Source of the DNA: an uncultured virus (IMG/VR IMGVR_UViG_3300022752_000051) | Lineage: Duplodnaviria; Heunggongvirae; Uroviricota; Caudoviricetes | Length of the DNA stretch: 64,000 nucleotides | IMG/VR virus record: IMGVR_UViG_3300022752_000051 | Reading direction: 5' to 3' (one strand) | Shown: positions 40,722 through 50,979 of the stretch, piece by piece | Position numbering within the stretch: the first letter of the stretch is position 1 | Layout of the letters: each line of letters begins with the position of its first letter | The notes under the pieces: model-generated | Seen by the model: the letters and a program-made list of their open reading frames with translations, nothing else | What the model was told of the DNA's origin: nothing | The model's database searches: none | Position numbers and translations under genes: made by a program

Positions 40722-41322
40722 CGAAATAAAGAAACTGTTGAAATCCTCGAGAAGTCTTCTCGAAAAAAACAATAGTTTATCAAATATACGAGAAACCTAT
40801 ACAAAAAAAGGTTTGATGCTTGAACAAGACACTAATGTAAGTTCGACTACCAATTTGGGACAACCAAGACCCAACGTGGCCGCTGATATGGAAAAAGAAA
40901 TTAACCAAGAAACAAAACCAAAAGACGATAAACAACAAGCATATAGGATTTCGGGTGGAATATTAGTGATGCATGGAAAATCTAAAACAGATTTGGAAAT
41001 TACAACTGAGGATAAAAGATCTTTTCAAGAAACTATGGATGAATTCGTAGATGAAGTGTCTGAAATGGTTGATTTTTACCCACTTAATGTCTACACTACA
41101 AGTGTTGAATGGAGTGGGAAGGTGATCGATCAAGATTTAGAATTTTTATACTCAATAGGTGAAAACAATGGAGTTTATATTAATGGAACACTATCCAGAG
41201 TTGATGATGAGTTTTTAGATTTTGTATCGAAACTAAGAGCATATTTTCAAAAATTTAAAACAAAATGGGCTAAAGTATTAGCATCAAGAAAGAAAACACA
41301 AATAGGTACAGATGAAGAATAG
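40708..41322 (+). CDS. hypothetical protein
   Basis: 204-aa ORF coupled to both neighbours. Confidence 0.7.
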   Translation: MNNYDEIKKLLKSSRSLLEKNNSLSNIRETYTKKGLMLEQDTNVSSTTNLGQPRPNVAADMEKEINQETKPKDDKQQAYRISGGILVMHGKSKTDLEITTEDKRSFQETMDEFVDEVSEMVDFYPLNVYTTSVEWSGKVIDQDLEFLYSIGENNGVYINGTLSRVDDEFLDFVSKLRAYFQKFKTKWAKVLASRKKTQIGTDEE

Positions 41323-41653
41323 TTTAATAATTTCAGTAATAATAAACACAATCTTGGTTGGTTTTATTTATTACAACCAATTAGATTTGAAAAAAACTCA
41401 AAATAAATTTCAAATTTTACAGGTTGAAATTGATTCACTTTCGAGTATTATTCACGAAAAGGATACAGAAATTTGTAATTTACATACGATGGAAACTTAC
41501 TATCAAGAACAAATTTCTAATTCGCAAAACGAACTCAAAAATTTGAATAATAAATCCAAAAAAATACAAAAAGAGCATGAAGCTAAAATTAATTCTCTTA
41601 ACAATCTTAACAATTCTGACGTTTCAAAGTTATTCACAGAAGAGTTCGAATGA
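41312..41653 (+). CDS. N-terminal TM + coiled-coil protein (i-spanin-like topology)
   Basis: LIISVIINTILVGFIYY followed by a heptad-rich region. Confidence 0.55.
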   Translation: MKNSLIISVIINTILVGFIYYNQLDLKKTQNKFQILQVEIDSLSSIIHEKDTEICNLHTMETYYQEQISNSQNELKNLNNKSKKIQKEHEAKINSLNNLNNSDVSKLFTEEFE

Positions 41654-41978
41654 TTCAATAAGCTGCGTCCCAACCTCATCATTAAGAAAAGCTTTAGTGA
41701 TGAAAACAAACTATAAAAAACTATTAGAAGAAATTACAATAGTAAGAGATTCGAATTCAATTTTATTGGATATTATTTCAAATAAAGACACGATTATCGA
41801 TTTGAAAGAAAAACAAATTGTTTTGTATAAAGACAAAGAAGATTTATTTAAAAAACAACTCACAATCAAAGACGTACAAATTGAACTTTATAAAAATAAA
41901 TTTACTGGAACCAAAAGAAAATTTATTTTTATTTCTGGAGTTGGTGGAATTATAATTACATTGTTAATTTTGTTATAG
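41577..41978 (+). CDS. signal peptide + coiled coil + C-terminal TM protein
   Basis: MKLKLILLTILTILTFQSYS-Q; C-terminal FIFISGVGGIIITLLILL. Overlaps the upstream gene by 77 nt. Confidence 0.6.
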   Translation: MKLKLILLTILTILTFQSYSQKSSNDSISCVPTSSLRKALVMKTNYKKLLEEITIVRDSNSILLDIISNKDTIIDLKEKQIVLYKDKEDLFKKQLTIKDVQIELYKNKFTGTKRKFIFISGVGGIIITLLILL

Positions 41979-41995
41979 TTTAGATATTTATCTGT

Positions 41996-42238
41996 ATGCT
42001 TACAGCTTCAGATAAAAACGAGATAGAATCAATTGTAAAAAAACAAATCAAGTCTATCATTGATGCCTCGACTGCAAAACAGTTCGAAGACAAAGTCTTG
42101 GATTTGGTTGTTAAAGACATTCAGAGAGGAAAATCTGAAAAAGAATTGAAGGAACTTATAATAAAAATGTTCACAGAATTCTACGCAATGATGTATCAAC
42201 AAAGAAGTATGTGGCAAGGTAGACTAAAGAACGCCTGA
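41996..42238 (+). CDS. hypothetical protein
   Basis: 80 aa; TATTTAT at 41985-91. Confidence 0.7.
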   Translation: MLTASDKNEIESIVKKQIKSIIDASTAKQFEDKVLDLVVKDIQRGKSEKELKELIIKMFTEFYAMMYQQRSMWQGRLKNA

Positions 42239-43101
42239 TGGAAAATTTGAAGAAAGGGTTTCAGAATATTGTGTCCACTGCAAAAACATATGCAAAAGAT
42301 ACTCAGAGTCTTGTTGATCTCAACAAACTAGGTGATACTTTTCAACAAAATATGAAAGAAGATACGACTGATTATTTTACCAATTCAAAGTTTGGTGATG
42401 AAGATGGGAATATTTTTTACGTTGAAGAAATATATGATTTTGTTCACAATAATTCAAACAAATATTATCATAAAAAATATCCATTAGACAAATTGAAACA
42501 TAATTTGGAATGGTGGGATAAAAACTATAGTATCAAAAATAACTCGGATAAAAAAAGGATGATGAACGCAAACACATCATTTCCACTTTTGGTTATCAAA
42601 GAAATGAATAATTTATCAGTGGCTGATGGTCTTAACAGATTATACAAAGCAATAAAAATTGAAAAGAGGGATCATCTTCCTGTTTATTTAGTCCCAAAAA
42701 AAGATATTATGAAATTTGCAGTAAAACCAAAGAAAAAAGAACCAAAAGAAGCTACAGGTGCAGCTGCGGCTAATGGATATTCAGCACCCTTATTCGGTGG
42801 TAAAGTTGAAGCTAAAGAAGCAACAACGACCTTTTCATCTGGACAATATTCCACCCCCGCTTGGGTGGCGCCCAATTCTAAACAATGGAGAGGTCGGTCC
42901 AAACCTCAAATACCCGGTGGTAAATTTGTTACTGTCAAGGGTAAGTGTCAAAAATTTCCATATTGTAACCAAGGTGATATTAAAGCTCTAAAAATAACTG
43001 AAAACGAGGTTATAGAGTTATCTAGAAAATTATCCAAAGAGTTTGGTATCAGTGAAGCAATTGTTAGGAAACTAGTCATAAACAATTACAACAATTTGTA
43101 A
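42238..43101 (+). CDS. hypothetical protein with ParB/Srx-like segment
   Basis: FPLLVI....SVADGLNRLYKA....HLPVYLV, plus two KEAT.....Y S.P repeats. Confidence 0.5.
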   Translation: MENLKKGFQNIVSTAKTYAKDTQSLVDLNKLGDTFQQNMKEDTTDYFTNSKFGDEDGNIFYVEEIYDFVHNNSNKYYHKKYPLDKLKHNLEWWDKNYSIKNNSDKKRMMNANTSFPLLVIKEMNNLSVADGLNRLYKAIKIEKRDHLPVYLVPKKDIMKFAVKPKKKEPKEATGAAAANGYSAPLFGGKVEAKEATTTFSSGQYSTPAWVAPNSKQWRGRSKPQIPGGKFVTVKGKCQKFPYCNQGDIKALKITENEVIELSRKLSKEFGISEAIVRKLVINNYNNL

Positions 43102-43127
43102 TTTAAGATATTTATAATAAAAAAAAT

Positions 43128-44231
43128 ATGAAAGATTTAAACAATATGGTGGACAGAGTAATCCAAGAGATTGCAACACAACACTCCGAAAATATTTTGA
43201 ATGAAGCAAAAAAATTGAGTGGTGGTCAACATTTTATTGCAAAACAAGCTGAACCAAAGAATAAAATCACTGGTGCGGATTTTGCTGAGTTGAGAAAAAA
43301 GAAGAAAGAGACAAAGGAAGATGAAATGGGTGAGGGTAATGCTTTCACGGCAAAATTAGCTCAAACCAAAAAAGGTGAAAAATTTAAACTCGGAAATAAG
43401 ACATATACTGACACCTCAGACATCGAAGAGGTTAAAGAAGAAGAACCATTATACAGAGGAACAAAATTTGCCTGTGAGGATGTGGATGAGTCTACAGATG
43501 GTGATGACATTGAGGATGTTAAACCATATCGAGATATGAAAAGTACGGTTTCTCCAAAACTAAAAAACGAAAGTTTGAAAAAAAGTTTGACACTTACTGA
43601 AAATGAATTAATCGATTTAATCGAAAAAGTTGTGGAAGAACAAACTCAAGTCGGAGATACTAATAAAGCACTGAAAGCCGATAAAACTGAAAATACTGAC
43701 TACTATAAAGTCGTAAAGAAAAAGATGGCCGATTATGTGAAAAAAGGATCCAAGGGTAATTTTGAGACAAACCCAACGTTTTTTCCTAAGGGTAATGGTG
43801 AATTAGCCAAAATGGATAAGAAAGCTTACACACCATCCAAAGCTGTTGAAGAATACATTGAAAACTTTGCGTATTCACCAGGAATGGAAAACTTATCCTA
43901 TGATGAGATTAAACCCAACGATGATTGGATGGAGATGAATATTGAAGGTTCATCAAAGACTGGCAACGGTCCTGGAGCAAATGCTATAGACACTGGTTTG
44001 GGTAAAAAAATTAATGCTAAAAGGATAGCAAATTTGTTTGGTGCAGAAAAACAAAGATCTTATAATAGAGTTACACAACCAGTTGATAATGCTGGTGAAA
44101 CAAAGGGTGCTGATAATTTAGATGATATGTTTGCTAAATTGGGTGAGAGTGAAGAAAAAAAATCAAAACTCATCAAAGAAGATATGGACAAAATATTTCA
44201 TATGATGTCTTACAACAAAAAAACCCAGTAA
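43128..44231 (+). CDS. highly charged putative head-internal/core protein
   Basis: E/K-rich, contains LTLTENELIDLIEKVVEE; TATTTAT at 43109-15. Confidence 0.55.
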   Translation: MKDLNNMVDRVIQEIATQHSENILNEAKKLSGGQHFIAKQAEPKNKITGADFAELRKKKKETKEDEMGEGNAFTAKLAQTKKGEKFKLGNKTYTDTSDIEEVKEEEPLYRGTKFACEDVDESTDGDDIEDVKPYRDMKSTVSPKLKNESLKKSLTLTENELIDLIEKVVEEQTQVGDTNKALKADKTENTDYYKVVKKKMADYVKKGSKGNFETNPTFFPKGNGELAKMDKKAYTPSKAVEEYIENFAYSPGMENLSYDEIKPNDDWMEMNIEGSSKTGNGPGANAIDTGLGKKINAKRIANLFGAEKQRSYNRVTQPVDNAGETKGADNLDDMFAKLGESEEKKSKLIKEDMDKIFHMMSYNKKTQ

Positions 44232-44281
44232 TATACAAAAAAACATAATAATTTATTATAATTGTCCATGAATGTAAATTT

Positions 44282-44761
44282 ATGGACAATTTTTTTTCGT
44301 GGGTAATGAAACCAATCCCTAAAGACGATGTTGAAACTTGGTTTAATGTAAACAACATTATACTAGAGAAGAAAGAATTATTTTCAGATTTTGTACATAG
44401 TTTAATTGATCTAATTAAATCAACGTATTTGGGAGATCAAGTAGATACTCAAAAAACGGAAACAACAATTCAACTTCAGCAAGAAGATAAACAAAAACAT
44501 TTTGATTGGTGTTGGTCAAAAACAATAGACGCGTTCTCCAAAGAAAATATTAATTTTGAACTCAATGGCGATCATAAAGATTATTTTTCCAATCTTTTAA
44601 TGGACTTGTTTTACAATACTGAAAACAGGATAATATCAGATAATATTGAACCTTTTTTTGTGAATTTATTCGACGACAAGGTCGGGTATTCACAATCTGA
44701 TTTAGAAATGATTACAGAGATATACAAATTATTAAACAAAAATATAATTCGTGTGAATTGA
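44282..44761 (+). CDS. hypothetical protein
   Basis: 159-aa ORF. Confidence 0.7.
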   Translation: MDNFFSWVMKPIPKDDVETWFNVNNIILEKKELFSDFVHSLIDLIKSTYLGDQVDTQKTETTIQLQQEDKQKHFDWCWSKTIDAFSKENINFELNGDHKDYFSNLLMDLFYNTENRIISDNIEPFFVNLFDDKVGYSQSDLEMITEIYKLLNKNIIRVN

Positions 44762-44802
44762 CTTATTTCGAATTTACACTATGTTTTCAAACAAAAAAAA
44801 TT

Positions 44803-44988
44803 ATGGAAACACTCGAAAATATAAAAAGTTTGATGGAAAAACTTTCTATTGACACGAACAAGTTCTTCAAGGGAAATGCAAGTGCTGGAAGAAGAGCCAG
44901 AAAGACGGCACAGGAAATGAAGTCTTTACTACAATCTTTGAGAATAGAAATCAATACACAAAGAAAAGAAAATATTTCAGAAAATTGA
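44803..44988 (+). CDS. histone H1-like (Hc1 N-terminal domain) protein
   Basis: DTNKFFKGNASAGRRARKTAQEMKSLLQSLR matches the KGNKAA..R.R core of Hc1-family proteins. Confidence 0.75.
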   Translation: METLENIKSLMEKLSIDTNKFFKGNASAGRRARKTAQEMKSLLQSLRIEINTQRKENISEN

Positions 44989-44989
44989 T

Positions 44990-45160
44990 ATGGAACTCTT
45001 TATTTTCACATTTTGTTGTATTGCTATATTGAGAATAATACTTCTTTCATACTTTACATTGGTCAATGATCCTAACCCTAGTAAAATTATTCTCAAGCGA
45101 AATGAATTGATTTTCTACGGTTTGGCGTTATCTTACATTATAACTTACTTAGTCAAATGA
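44990..45160 (+). CDS. 56-aa two-TM membrane protein (absent from ORF track)
   Basis: MELFIFTFCCIAILRIILLSYFTLVNDPNPSKIILKRNELIFYGLALSYIITYLVK*. ATGA overlap with the next gene. Confidence 0.7.
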   Translation: MELFIFTFCCIAILRIILLSYFTLVNDPNPSKIILKRNELIFYGLALSYIITYLVK

Positions 45161-45579
45161 ATTTCATAGAATTATTAAATTACTTACAACCCTATTTCAG
45201 ATCAATTAGAAAAATTAAAAGTTTTTTCTCAATCGATTTATTATTTCCACCAACTTGGAAATTCCCAAATGAAATTTTAGAAAAGGTAAAAGCAGTACAA
45301 GATGAAAATTACAAAGGCCCCCCAGGAATAGCGATGTCTTTTTTAATCGATTTATCTACAGAACAAGAAGAACCCCAGATGGAAAAAATATTTGAACTCA
45401 TTACGTTCAATTTGGAGTTGGAAGAAAAAACTCGACTATTTAGAGAAAAAACAGAACATCTAAAACAAATTTTTGAAAGTAACTCTTTGGATGATCTTCA
45501 AAACTTGGTGATTAACATTGAGGATAAACTGGTACCTGTAATACCTAAGAAATCAAGAAAGAATGAGCCAGAACAATAA
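45157..45579 (+). CDS. hypothetical protein
   Basis: 140-aa coupled ORF. Confidence 0.7.
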   Translation: MNFIELLNYLQPYFRSIRKIKSFFSIDLLFPPTWKFPNEILEKVKAVQDENYKGPPGIAMSFLIDLSTEQEEPQMEKIFELITFNLELEEKTRLFREKTEHLKQIFESNSLDDLQNLVINIEDKLVPVIPKKSRKNEPEQ

Positions 45580-45754
45580 TTTTACAAAAGAAGAAAAAGA
45601 GTGGTATGAAAATGAGCGATTAAAAGATGCGATCGAACTTTACAAATACAAACAGGAACTTATAGCTCAAATAAAAAAAACCAAAAAAGAAGATATCATA
45701 GTTATTAAAAAATTATCATTATGGCAAAAACTGAAAAAGATGCTGGGTTTCTAA
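45563..45754 (+). CDS. hypothetical protein
   Basis: 63 aa, ends in amphipathic SLWQKLKKMLGF. Confidence 0.65.
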   Translation: MSQNNNFTKEEKEWYENERLKDAIELYKYKQELIAQIKKTKKEDIIVIKKLSLWQKLKKMLGF

Positions 45755-45954
45755 CCGAGTTAGCAAAATTAGCGGATAGTATTGAAACCACACATCCATT
45801 TGCAAAAACAACCATTATTTTAGAAATGGATAATGAAGATTTTGAATTTACCAAAAAAAATTTACCTCAAGTTGAATCAGCACAAGATAAGTTTAGACTT
45901 CAAATATCCAACGTTGAATTCATATATCTACTAAAGTCTCAAGTGACCGGGTAA
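45721..45954 (+). CDS. hypothetical protein
   Basis: 77-aa ORF. Confidence 0.6.
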   Translation: MAKTEKDAGFLTELAKLADSIETTHPFAKTTIILEMDNEDFEFTKKNLPQVESAQDKFRLQISNVEFIYLLKSQVTG

Positions 45955-46580
45955 GTAGTTTCTTTACGATAAAGGTAATCAATGTTCATTCCTTTTTGTG
46001 TAAGGTAATCGTAAAGATACTTTCTTTGGGCAACATCAAGATCTCTGACAAACATACAATCGTATTTTTTTATATTCTTGAAGTGATCAAACAGTTCATC
46101 AAATAACCTATGAACCTCCTCATCATTTTTCAAAACAAATAGACTTAATTGTTCCTCATTTTGAACAATCATTTTATTGTTAAGTTTTGAAATCATTTTC
46201 AAACCATCTTTGGAAAGATATTGTTTGATGAATTTTTCCACTGGTATTTTTTTTTTCGTTTGATGATCAAAAATGAGTTCAGGTTCCCTAAAGTTTTGTA
46301 TCTTTACAATCTGATAGTTAGCATCATCTAAATCAACTTTTTGATTTCTACCAAATTCATCTCGAATAAAAAAGGGTGTAGTTTTAGTTGATTTTTTTTG
46401 TAACAGACATAATTCTAAATTAATTGGTTTACCCTCAACCACTCTTTTTTCAAACAAAACCTTATCACTTTTGTCGAGCATTTTTTGATAAAACTCCTCA
46501 GCACGCTCTTTACTCGCGTATTTCTTGATTATTCGTCTTTTTTTCTTATTTTTAAATAAAACAATCTGAAAATTTATCAT
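45939..46580 (-). CDS. basic hypothetical protein
   Basis: 213 aa from ATG 46580, Lys-rich. Confidence 0.7.
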   Translation of the reverse strand: MINFQIVLFKNKKKRRIIKKYASKERAEEFYQKMLDKSDKVLFEKRVVEGKPINLELCLLQKKSTKTTPFFIRDEFGRNQKVDLDDANYQIVKIQNFREPELIFDHQTKKKIPVEKFIKQYLSKDGLKMISKLNNKMIVQNEEQLSLFVLKNDEEVHRLFDELFDHFKNIKKYDCMFVRDLDVAQRKYLYDYLTQKGMNIDYLYRKETTYPVT

Positions 46581-46582
46581 AT

Positions 46583-47539
46583 ATGAAAGATTATTATCAA
46601 ATATTAGGTGTTGACAAAAAAGCATCCCAAGATGAAATTAAGAAAGCTTATCGTAAATTAAGTAAGCAATATCACCCAGATGTAAATCCTCAAGGAGAGG
46701 AAAAATTCAAAGAAATTGCCGAAGCCTATGATATTCTTGGTGACGAAACAAAAAAAAATAACTATGATATGGGGGGAATGTCAGGATTTGGTTCGTCAGC
46801 TTTTGAAGAGTTCTTCAGAAACATGGGTGGTAACAATCCTTTTAGTTCTCACTTTGGAAATAGGAGACCAGCCCAAGCACCAGATAAAGTTATTCAGATC
46901 GATATTACACCAATGGAATCGTATAAATCTGTAGAAAAGACCGTGGATTATCGTAGAAACATTTCATGTGATGGGTGTAAAGGTTCTGGTGGAGAAAAAC
47001 AAATTTGTACAACTTGCAAAGGTTCTGGACAAATTCAACAAGTATTCGGAAACGCATTTTTCAGACAAGTACAAACATCAGTGTGTCCTAATTGTCAAGG
47101 AACTGGACAAAAAATTATCAAAGCTTGTTATGGATGTGGTGGTTCAGGGGTTAAACCAGAGATGAAATCCTTAAAATTCAAGATTCCACATGGGAGTGAT
47201 TCTGGAGATTTTTTCAGGTTAGAAGGTCTAGGGGATTACTATCAAGAAAGGGGGTTTGGTAATCTACTCATCAAAATAAATATGACCTCTGACGAACAGT
47301 GGGAAAAAATGGGTAATGATTTAGTTTATATCAATGTTTTAGATTACGATGATCTTAAAAAAGACGACTTTAATGTACCACACCCAAATGGTGAAATGAA
47401 ATTAAAGTTTCCAGAAATTTTTGATACGTCAACACCTTTACGAGTCAGAGGCAAAGGGTTTCACAAAGAAGCTCCTATTGGTGACCTATACGTAAGGAGT
47501 GTAGTTAGATTCAAAAGAAACTTTTTAAAAGAGGAATAA
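46583..47539 (+). CDS. dnaJ: DnaJ (Hsp40) chaperone, type I
   Basis: J-domain with HPD, G/F-rich region, four CxxCxGxG repeats and C-terminal domain. Confidence 0.95.
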   Translation: MKDYYQILGVDKKASQDEIKKAYRKLSKQYHPDVNPQGEEKFKEIAEAYDILGDETKKNNYDMGGMSGFGSSAFEEFFRNMGGNNPFSSHFGNRRPAQAPDKVIQIDITPMESYKSVEKTVDYRRNISCDGCKGSGGEKQICTTCKGSGQIQQVFGNAFFRQVQTSVCPNCQGTGQKIIKACYGCGGSGVKPEMKSLKFKIPHGSDSGDFFRLEGLGDYYQERGFGNLLIKINMTSDEQWEKMGNDLVYINVLDYDDLKKDDFNVPHPNGEMKLKFPEIFDTSTPLRVRGKGFHKEAPIGDLYVRSVVRFKRNFLKEE

Positions 47540-47654
47540 GTTTGTCAAATAAATAAATGTGACCAATAATCGAAGTTATAAAAATTTCGGTAGATAAAAT
47601 CATCATCCAAGTAAATTTAATTTCAGCTCGTTCTTTACATTGATTACAACTCAT
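47511..47654 (-). CDS. 47-aa CxxC + TM microprotein (absent from ORF track)
   Basis: [47 protein letters not shown], with an A-rich leader. Confidence 0.5.
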   Translation of the reverse strand: MSCNQCKERAEIKFTWMMILSTEIFITSIIGHIYLFDKLIPLLKSFF

Positions 47655-47766
47655 ATTGTTTTTTTTGTAAAATATAATTATTTCAATTACAAAAAAAATA
47701 CTTCACTAATACATTTTGTTGATCGAATTATTATCAACTAATTAGTATTTATATTAAAATTAAAGT

Positions 47767-49653
47767 ATGAATTTAAAAGATACGGTTAAGAAAATTCTTA
47801 TCAATGAGATATCTTCTAAAATTGTAGACAAATTAGTTCAACAATGGACAAAGGATACAAACTTGGATCCGAGTGTAGTAAAAGAATATATTGATGAATT
47901 TTCAGGTATTTCATCTTCATTACCTGTTCAGTTTCGTGATATTACTCGTTTAGATTTTCCTTCCGTAAAAAAAATAGTTGATGCTCGTAGAGCAAAAACC
48001 AGAGTTAAGACACTCACTACGAAATTCAAAACTATGGAGTATCCTGAAGGTCAACCAAAACCGTCAAATACCGAATTAAAATCAACAATCCGTAAATATA
48101 ATGAGATTTATCCCTTCTTGACTGATAGAGAAAGAAAGAGTCTTGAAAATACCACTTGGTTACAATTTTTATCTAAAACTAATCAATTTTTTGAAACAAA
48201 ATTTGCTAGTGAATTATTAAAAAAAATAAAGAAAGAAGAACCGAATTGGACTGAAGATCAAATTATGTACTATTTGTTATCAATTGTACAAAATTATAAC
48301 GAAATTCCTGAAAACACACCACCGTTCTATTTATTATCAATTTCGGAAATAGAACATATTATTGATGGATTACCAACGTCAAAAAAAGTAGAAAACATAA
48401 AATCGGATATTACAGATATTCCCCAAGTATTAAATCCGAGAAAAAATTTGTTAATCTATGCACCTACTGGTAAACCTGATTGTATTAAATTAAAAAATGG
48501 TAGACCCTGGTGTACTTCTAGAGAAGGATCAAATAATTTGTATTACAACTATAGATTTGATAAAAATTTGACATTGTATTATGTAATAGATGAAGATTTA
48601 CCATTTGATAATTTAAACTTTGCCACAGTTATTTTGGTTGATCCTGATGGTGGTATGAGATTGGCTGATGCATCCAATCACGGTGATTATGGAGGACATG
48701 TTGTACTACCTTGGGAACAAATTGTAAAGAAACTACCAAAGTTAGATGGTTTGAAAGAACTATTTGTACCCAAACCACTTACTGAAAACGAGAAAAGTGT
48801 AATTCAGGCTTTGAGACGAGCAAGAGGTGAATCCGATCTAAATTCATGGGCTAAGAACTTTTTGGAATCCAATCCGACATTTTCTGAAGAATATTCACCT
48901 TACGATATCATTGAACTTTGGATGGAAGTCAACAGTCAAAGACTTTCGGATATGCAATATGCATCGTTAGATCCTGAACTTAAGAAAAAATATATTGGAC
49001 TAGGACATGATCTTAGTAGTGATATGATAAACAATTCTGAGAGTAGTGTACTGACATATTATGCTAATAAAAAATTAGAAAGTATTCTTAAAAAATCATT
49101 GAAAGACTTATCAGATGAAGACATCGCTTTACTTAATAACCAGAGTTTTAAAAAACACAAAACTTATCTTAAAGATAGATTTATAACTCAACTAAGTGAT
49201 CCGTCAGGAACCAATAATGAATTTATAAATGTCGATTTAAGGTCACGGAATATTTCATCACCTGTTGATAAATTTATAAAATTGTATGGTTTGGATTTTC
49301 TTATTTCAAAATTACCATTAAATATAAAAAGTTTATCTATTGTAGCAGATGATGACGCTAGTGTAACATTAAAATTTGGTGACGACCTGAGCAGATTACA
49401 AAACTTAGAACAACTTGAATTAACTAATTGTGTAAATGAATTTCCAATTGTCATAAAAAAATTGAATCTAGATGTACTGACAATAAGTGACAAAAGAATT
49501 GAAAAAGTTCCAAATTGGGTCGGTGATTTAAATCTTTTCTTTTTGAACTTATCTAAAGAAACATATTTAGATCCAAAAATTATAGAACGTCTCACAAAAA
49601 AAGCAGAAGGAGATTTTTCAGTTGGTATAATTTCTTCAAATGAAAAATATTGA
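47767..49653 (+). CDS. 628-aa protein with central WCTS-motif domain and C-terminal leucine-rich repeats
   Basis: GRPWCTS...YY.Y....TLYYVID; LSRLQNLEQLELTN, IKKLNLDVLTISD and VGDLNLFFLNLS; TATTTAT at 47746-52. Confidence 0.65.
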   Translation: MNLKDTVKKILINEISSKIVDKLVQQWTKDTNLDPSVVKEYIDEFSGISSSLPVQFRDITRLDFPSVKKIVDARRAKTRVKTLTTKFKTMEYPEGQPKPSNTELKSTIRKYNEIYPFLTDRERKSLENTTWLQFLSKTNQFFETKFASELLKKIKKEEPNWTEDQIMYYLLSIVQNYNEIPENTPPFYLLSISEIEHIIDGLPTSKKVENIKSDITDIPQVLNPRKNLLIYAPTGKPDCIKLKNGRPWCTSREGSNNLYYNYRFDKNLTLYYVIDEDLPFDNLNFATVILVDPDGGMRLADASNHGDYGGHVVLPWEQIVKKLPKLDGLKELFVPKPLTENEKSVIQALRRARGESDLNSWAKNFLESNPTFSEEYSPYDIIELWMEVNSQRLSDMQYASLDPELKKKYIGLGHDLSSDMINNSESSVLTYYANKKLESILKKSLKDLSDEDIALLNNQSFKKHKTYLKDRFITQLSDPSGTNNEFINVDLRSRNISSPVDKFIKLYGLDFLISKLPLNIKSLSIVADDDASVTLKFGDDLSRLQNLEQLELTNCVNEFPIVIKKLNLDVLTISDKRIEKVPNWVGDLNLFFLNLSKETYLDPKIIERLTKKAEGDFSVGIISSNEKY

Positions 49654-49933
49654 CGCTCAAATCTATTATAAAAAAATAGTAGATTTTTTCGAAAACAATC
49701 CAACACAACTTCATACTTTGATTGGTAATATGGATAAAAAAAACTTTTATTCTAAAATCAAAAATAAAGTGGAACAGAATTGTACTGATGGATCCGACTT
49801 TGAGTTAAACAGAAAAGAGTTAGCTGACATTATATTTGAATTATTCCAAGAGACAAACCAAAAAACAAAAAATAAAATTGTAATGGATGGAAAATTTGTG
49901 GAAACTAATTTTGGATATTTTTCTTTGAATTGA
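49640..49933 (+). CDS. hypothetical protein
   Basis: 97-aa ORF. Confidence 0.7.
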   Translation: MKNIDAQIYYKKIVDFFENNPTQLHTLIGNMDKKNFYSKIKNKVEQNCTDGSDFELNRKELADIIFELFQETNQKTKNKIVMDGKFVETNFGYFSLN

Positions 49934-49970
49934 CTTTTTTAAAGTTGTGATTATAATTTAACTAAAAAAA

Positions 49971-50102
49971 ATGAAACAGACATCCAGTGGAACTCATCAT
50001 ACTTCAACAAAAAAAAGAAGAAAAGGTGTACATGCTAAGACAAAGCACTCAACTCACAAAACATCTAAACATTACGTAAAAGTATCAAGAGGACAAGGAT
50101 GA
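49971..50102 (+). CDS. 43-aa basic microprotein ending RGQG (absent from ORF track)
   Basis: MKQTSSGTHHTSTKKRRKGVHAKTKHSTHKTSKHYVKVSRGQG*. ATGA overlap with the next gene. Confidence 0.75.
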   Translation: MKQTSSGTHHTSTKKRRKGVHAKTKHSTHKTSKHYVKVSRGQG

Positions 50103-50404
50103 TAGAAGTTTCTAGAGTAGATAAAGTTATGGAAAAGATTGAATCCAAAGAACGGTTTTTCTTTTCCACTTTTCGTGATAAAATGTTCAATTTTGAATTC
50201 GTAAATAAATTATTAAATAATTCAATAGTTGTTTATTGTGATTATGTTGGTGATTATGTGAGCGAAGCTCTTTTAAGAACAAAACATCCATTCTACTTTT
50301 ATATCAGAAAAAATGGAAATGATATTTATAAATCAACTATTTATTTCGAAGAAATAAAAAAACAAGAATTAATATTATTCCTAAATTTAGCCGAAAAAAA
50401 ATAA
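50099..50404 (+). CDS. hypothetical protein
   Basis: 101-aa ORF. Confidence 0.65.
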   Translation: MIEVSRVDKVMEKIESKERFFFSTFRDKMFNFEFVNKLLNNSIVVYCDYVGDYVSEALLRTKHPFYFYIRKNGNDIYKSTIYFEEIKKQELILFLNLAEKK

Positions 50405-50407
50405 ATT

Positions 50408-50707
50408 ATGATAGAATTAAATGCTGAACAACTTAAAAATAAAATAAATTCTGGTGAAAAGTTCGTTGTGGACTTTTATGCCACTTGGTGTGGGCCATGT
50501 AAATATTTTTCTAAAATTTTAGAAGAACATAGTGACAAGTTTGGGGTGCCTGTATACAAATTTGATATCGAGACTGATAGAGATATGAGTGTCAAATATA
50601 ATATCAGAAGCGTACCAACCCTTAAATTATTCAATGAAGGTAATTCCATAAAAACTCATCTTGGAATTCTTTCCGAATCCGAGTTTAACAAATTTTCTAA
50701 CTCATGA
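50408..50707 (+). CDS. trxA: thioredoxin
   Basis: VVDFYATWCGPCK and IRSVPT. Confidence 0.95.
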   Translation: MIELNAEQLKNKINSGEKFVVDFYATWCGPCKYFSKILEEHSDKFGVPVYKFDIETDRDMSVKYNIRSVPTLKLFNEGNSIKTHLGILSESEFNKFSNS

Positions 50708-50979
50708 AAAATTTAATTGTATTATCAATGAAAGGTTGTCCGTATTGTGATCAGTTAAAAAACTTATTATCTGAAGGTAAAGTTCCATTCACTGAAATAG
50801 ATATCGAAAATTTCACCACAGAATACGATATGTTCAAAAGAATTACAAAATCAGATTATCTACCGGGTTTTATGGTTGTTGATGAAGACACTAGGACATT
50901 GGAATGTTATGCCGCAGAACAAGATTTCTTCACTATTGAAGAAGCATTTCAAAAGTCAAAAAATTTAATTCAGAATTGA
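50704..50979 (+). CDS. glutaredoxin-like protein
   Basis: GCPYCDQLK, FTEIDI and LP cis-Pro position. Confidence 0.85.
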   Translation: MKNLIVLSMKGCPYCDQLKNLLSEGKVPFTEIDIENFTTEYDMFKRITKSDYLPGFMVVDEDTRTLECYAAEQDFFTIEEAFQKSKNLIQN

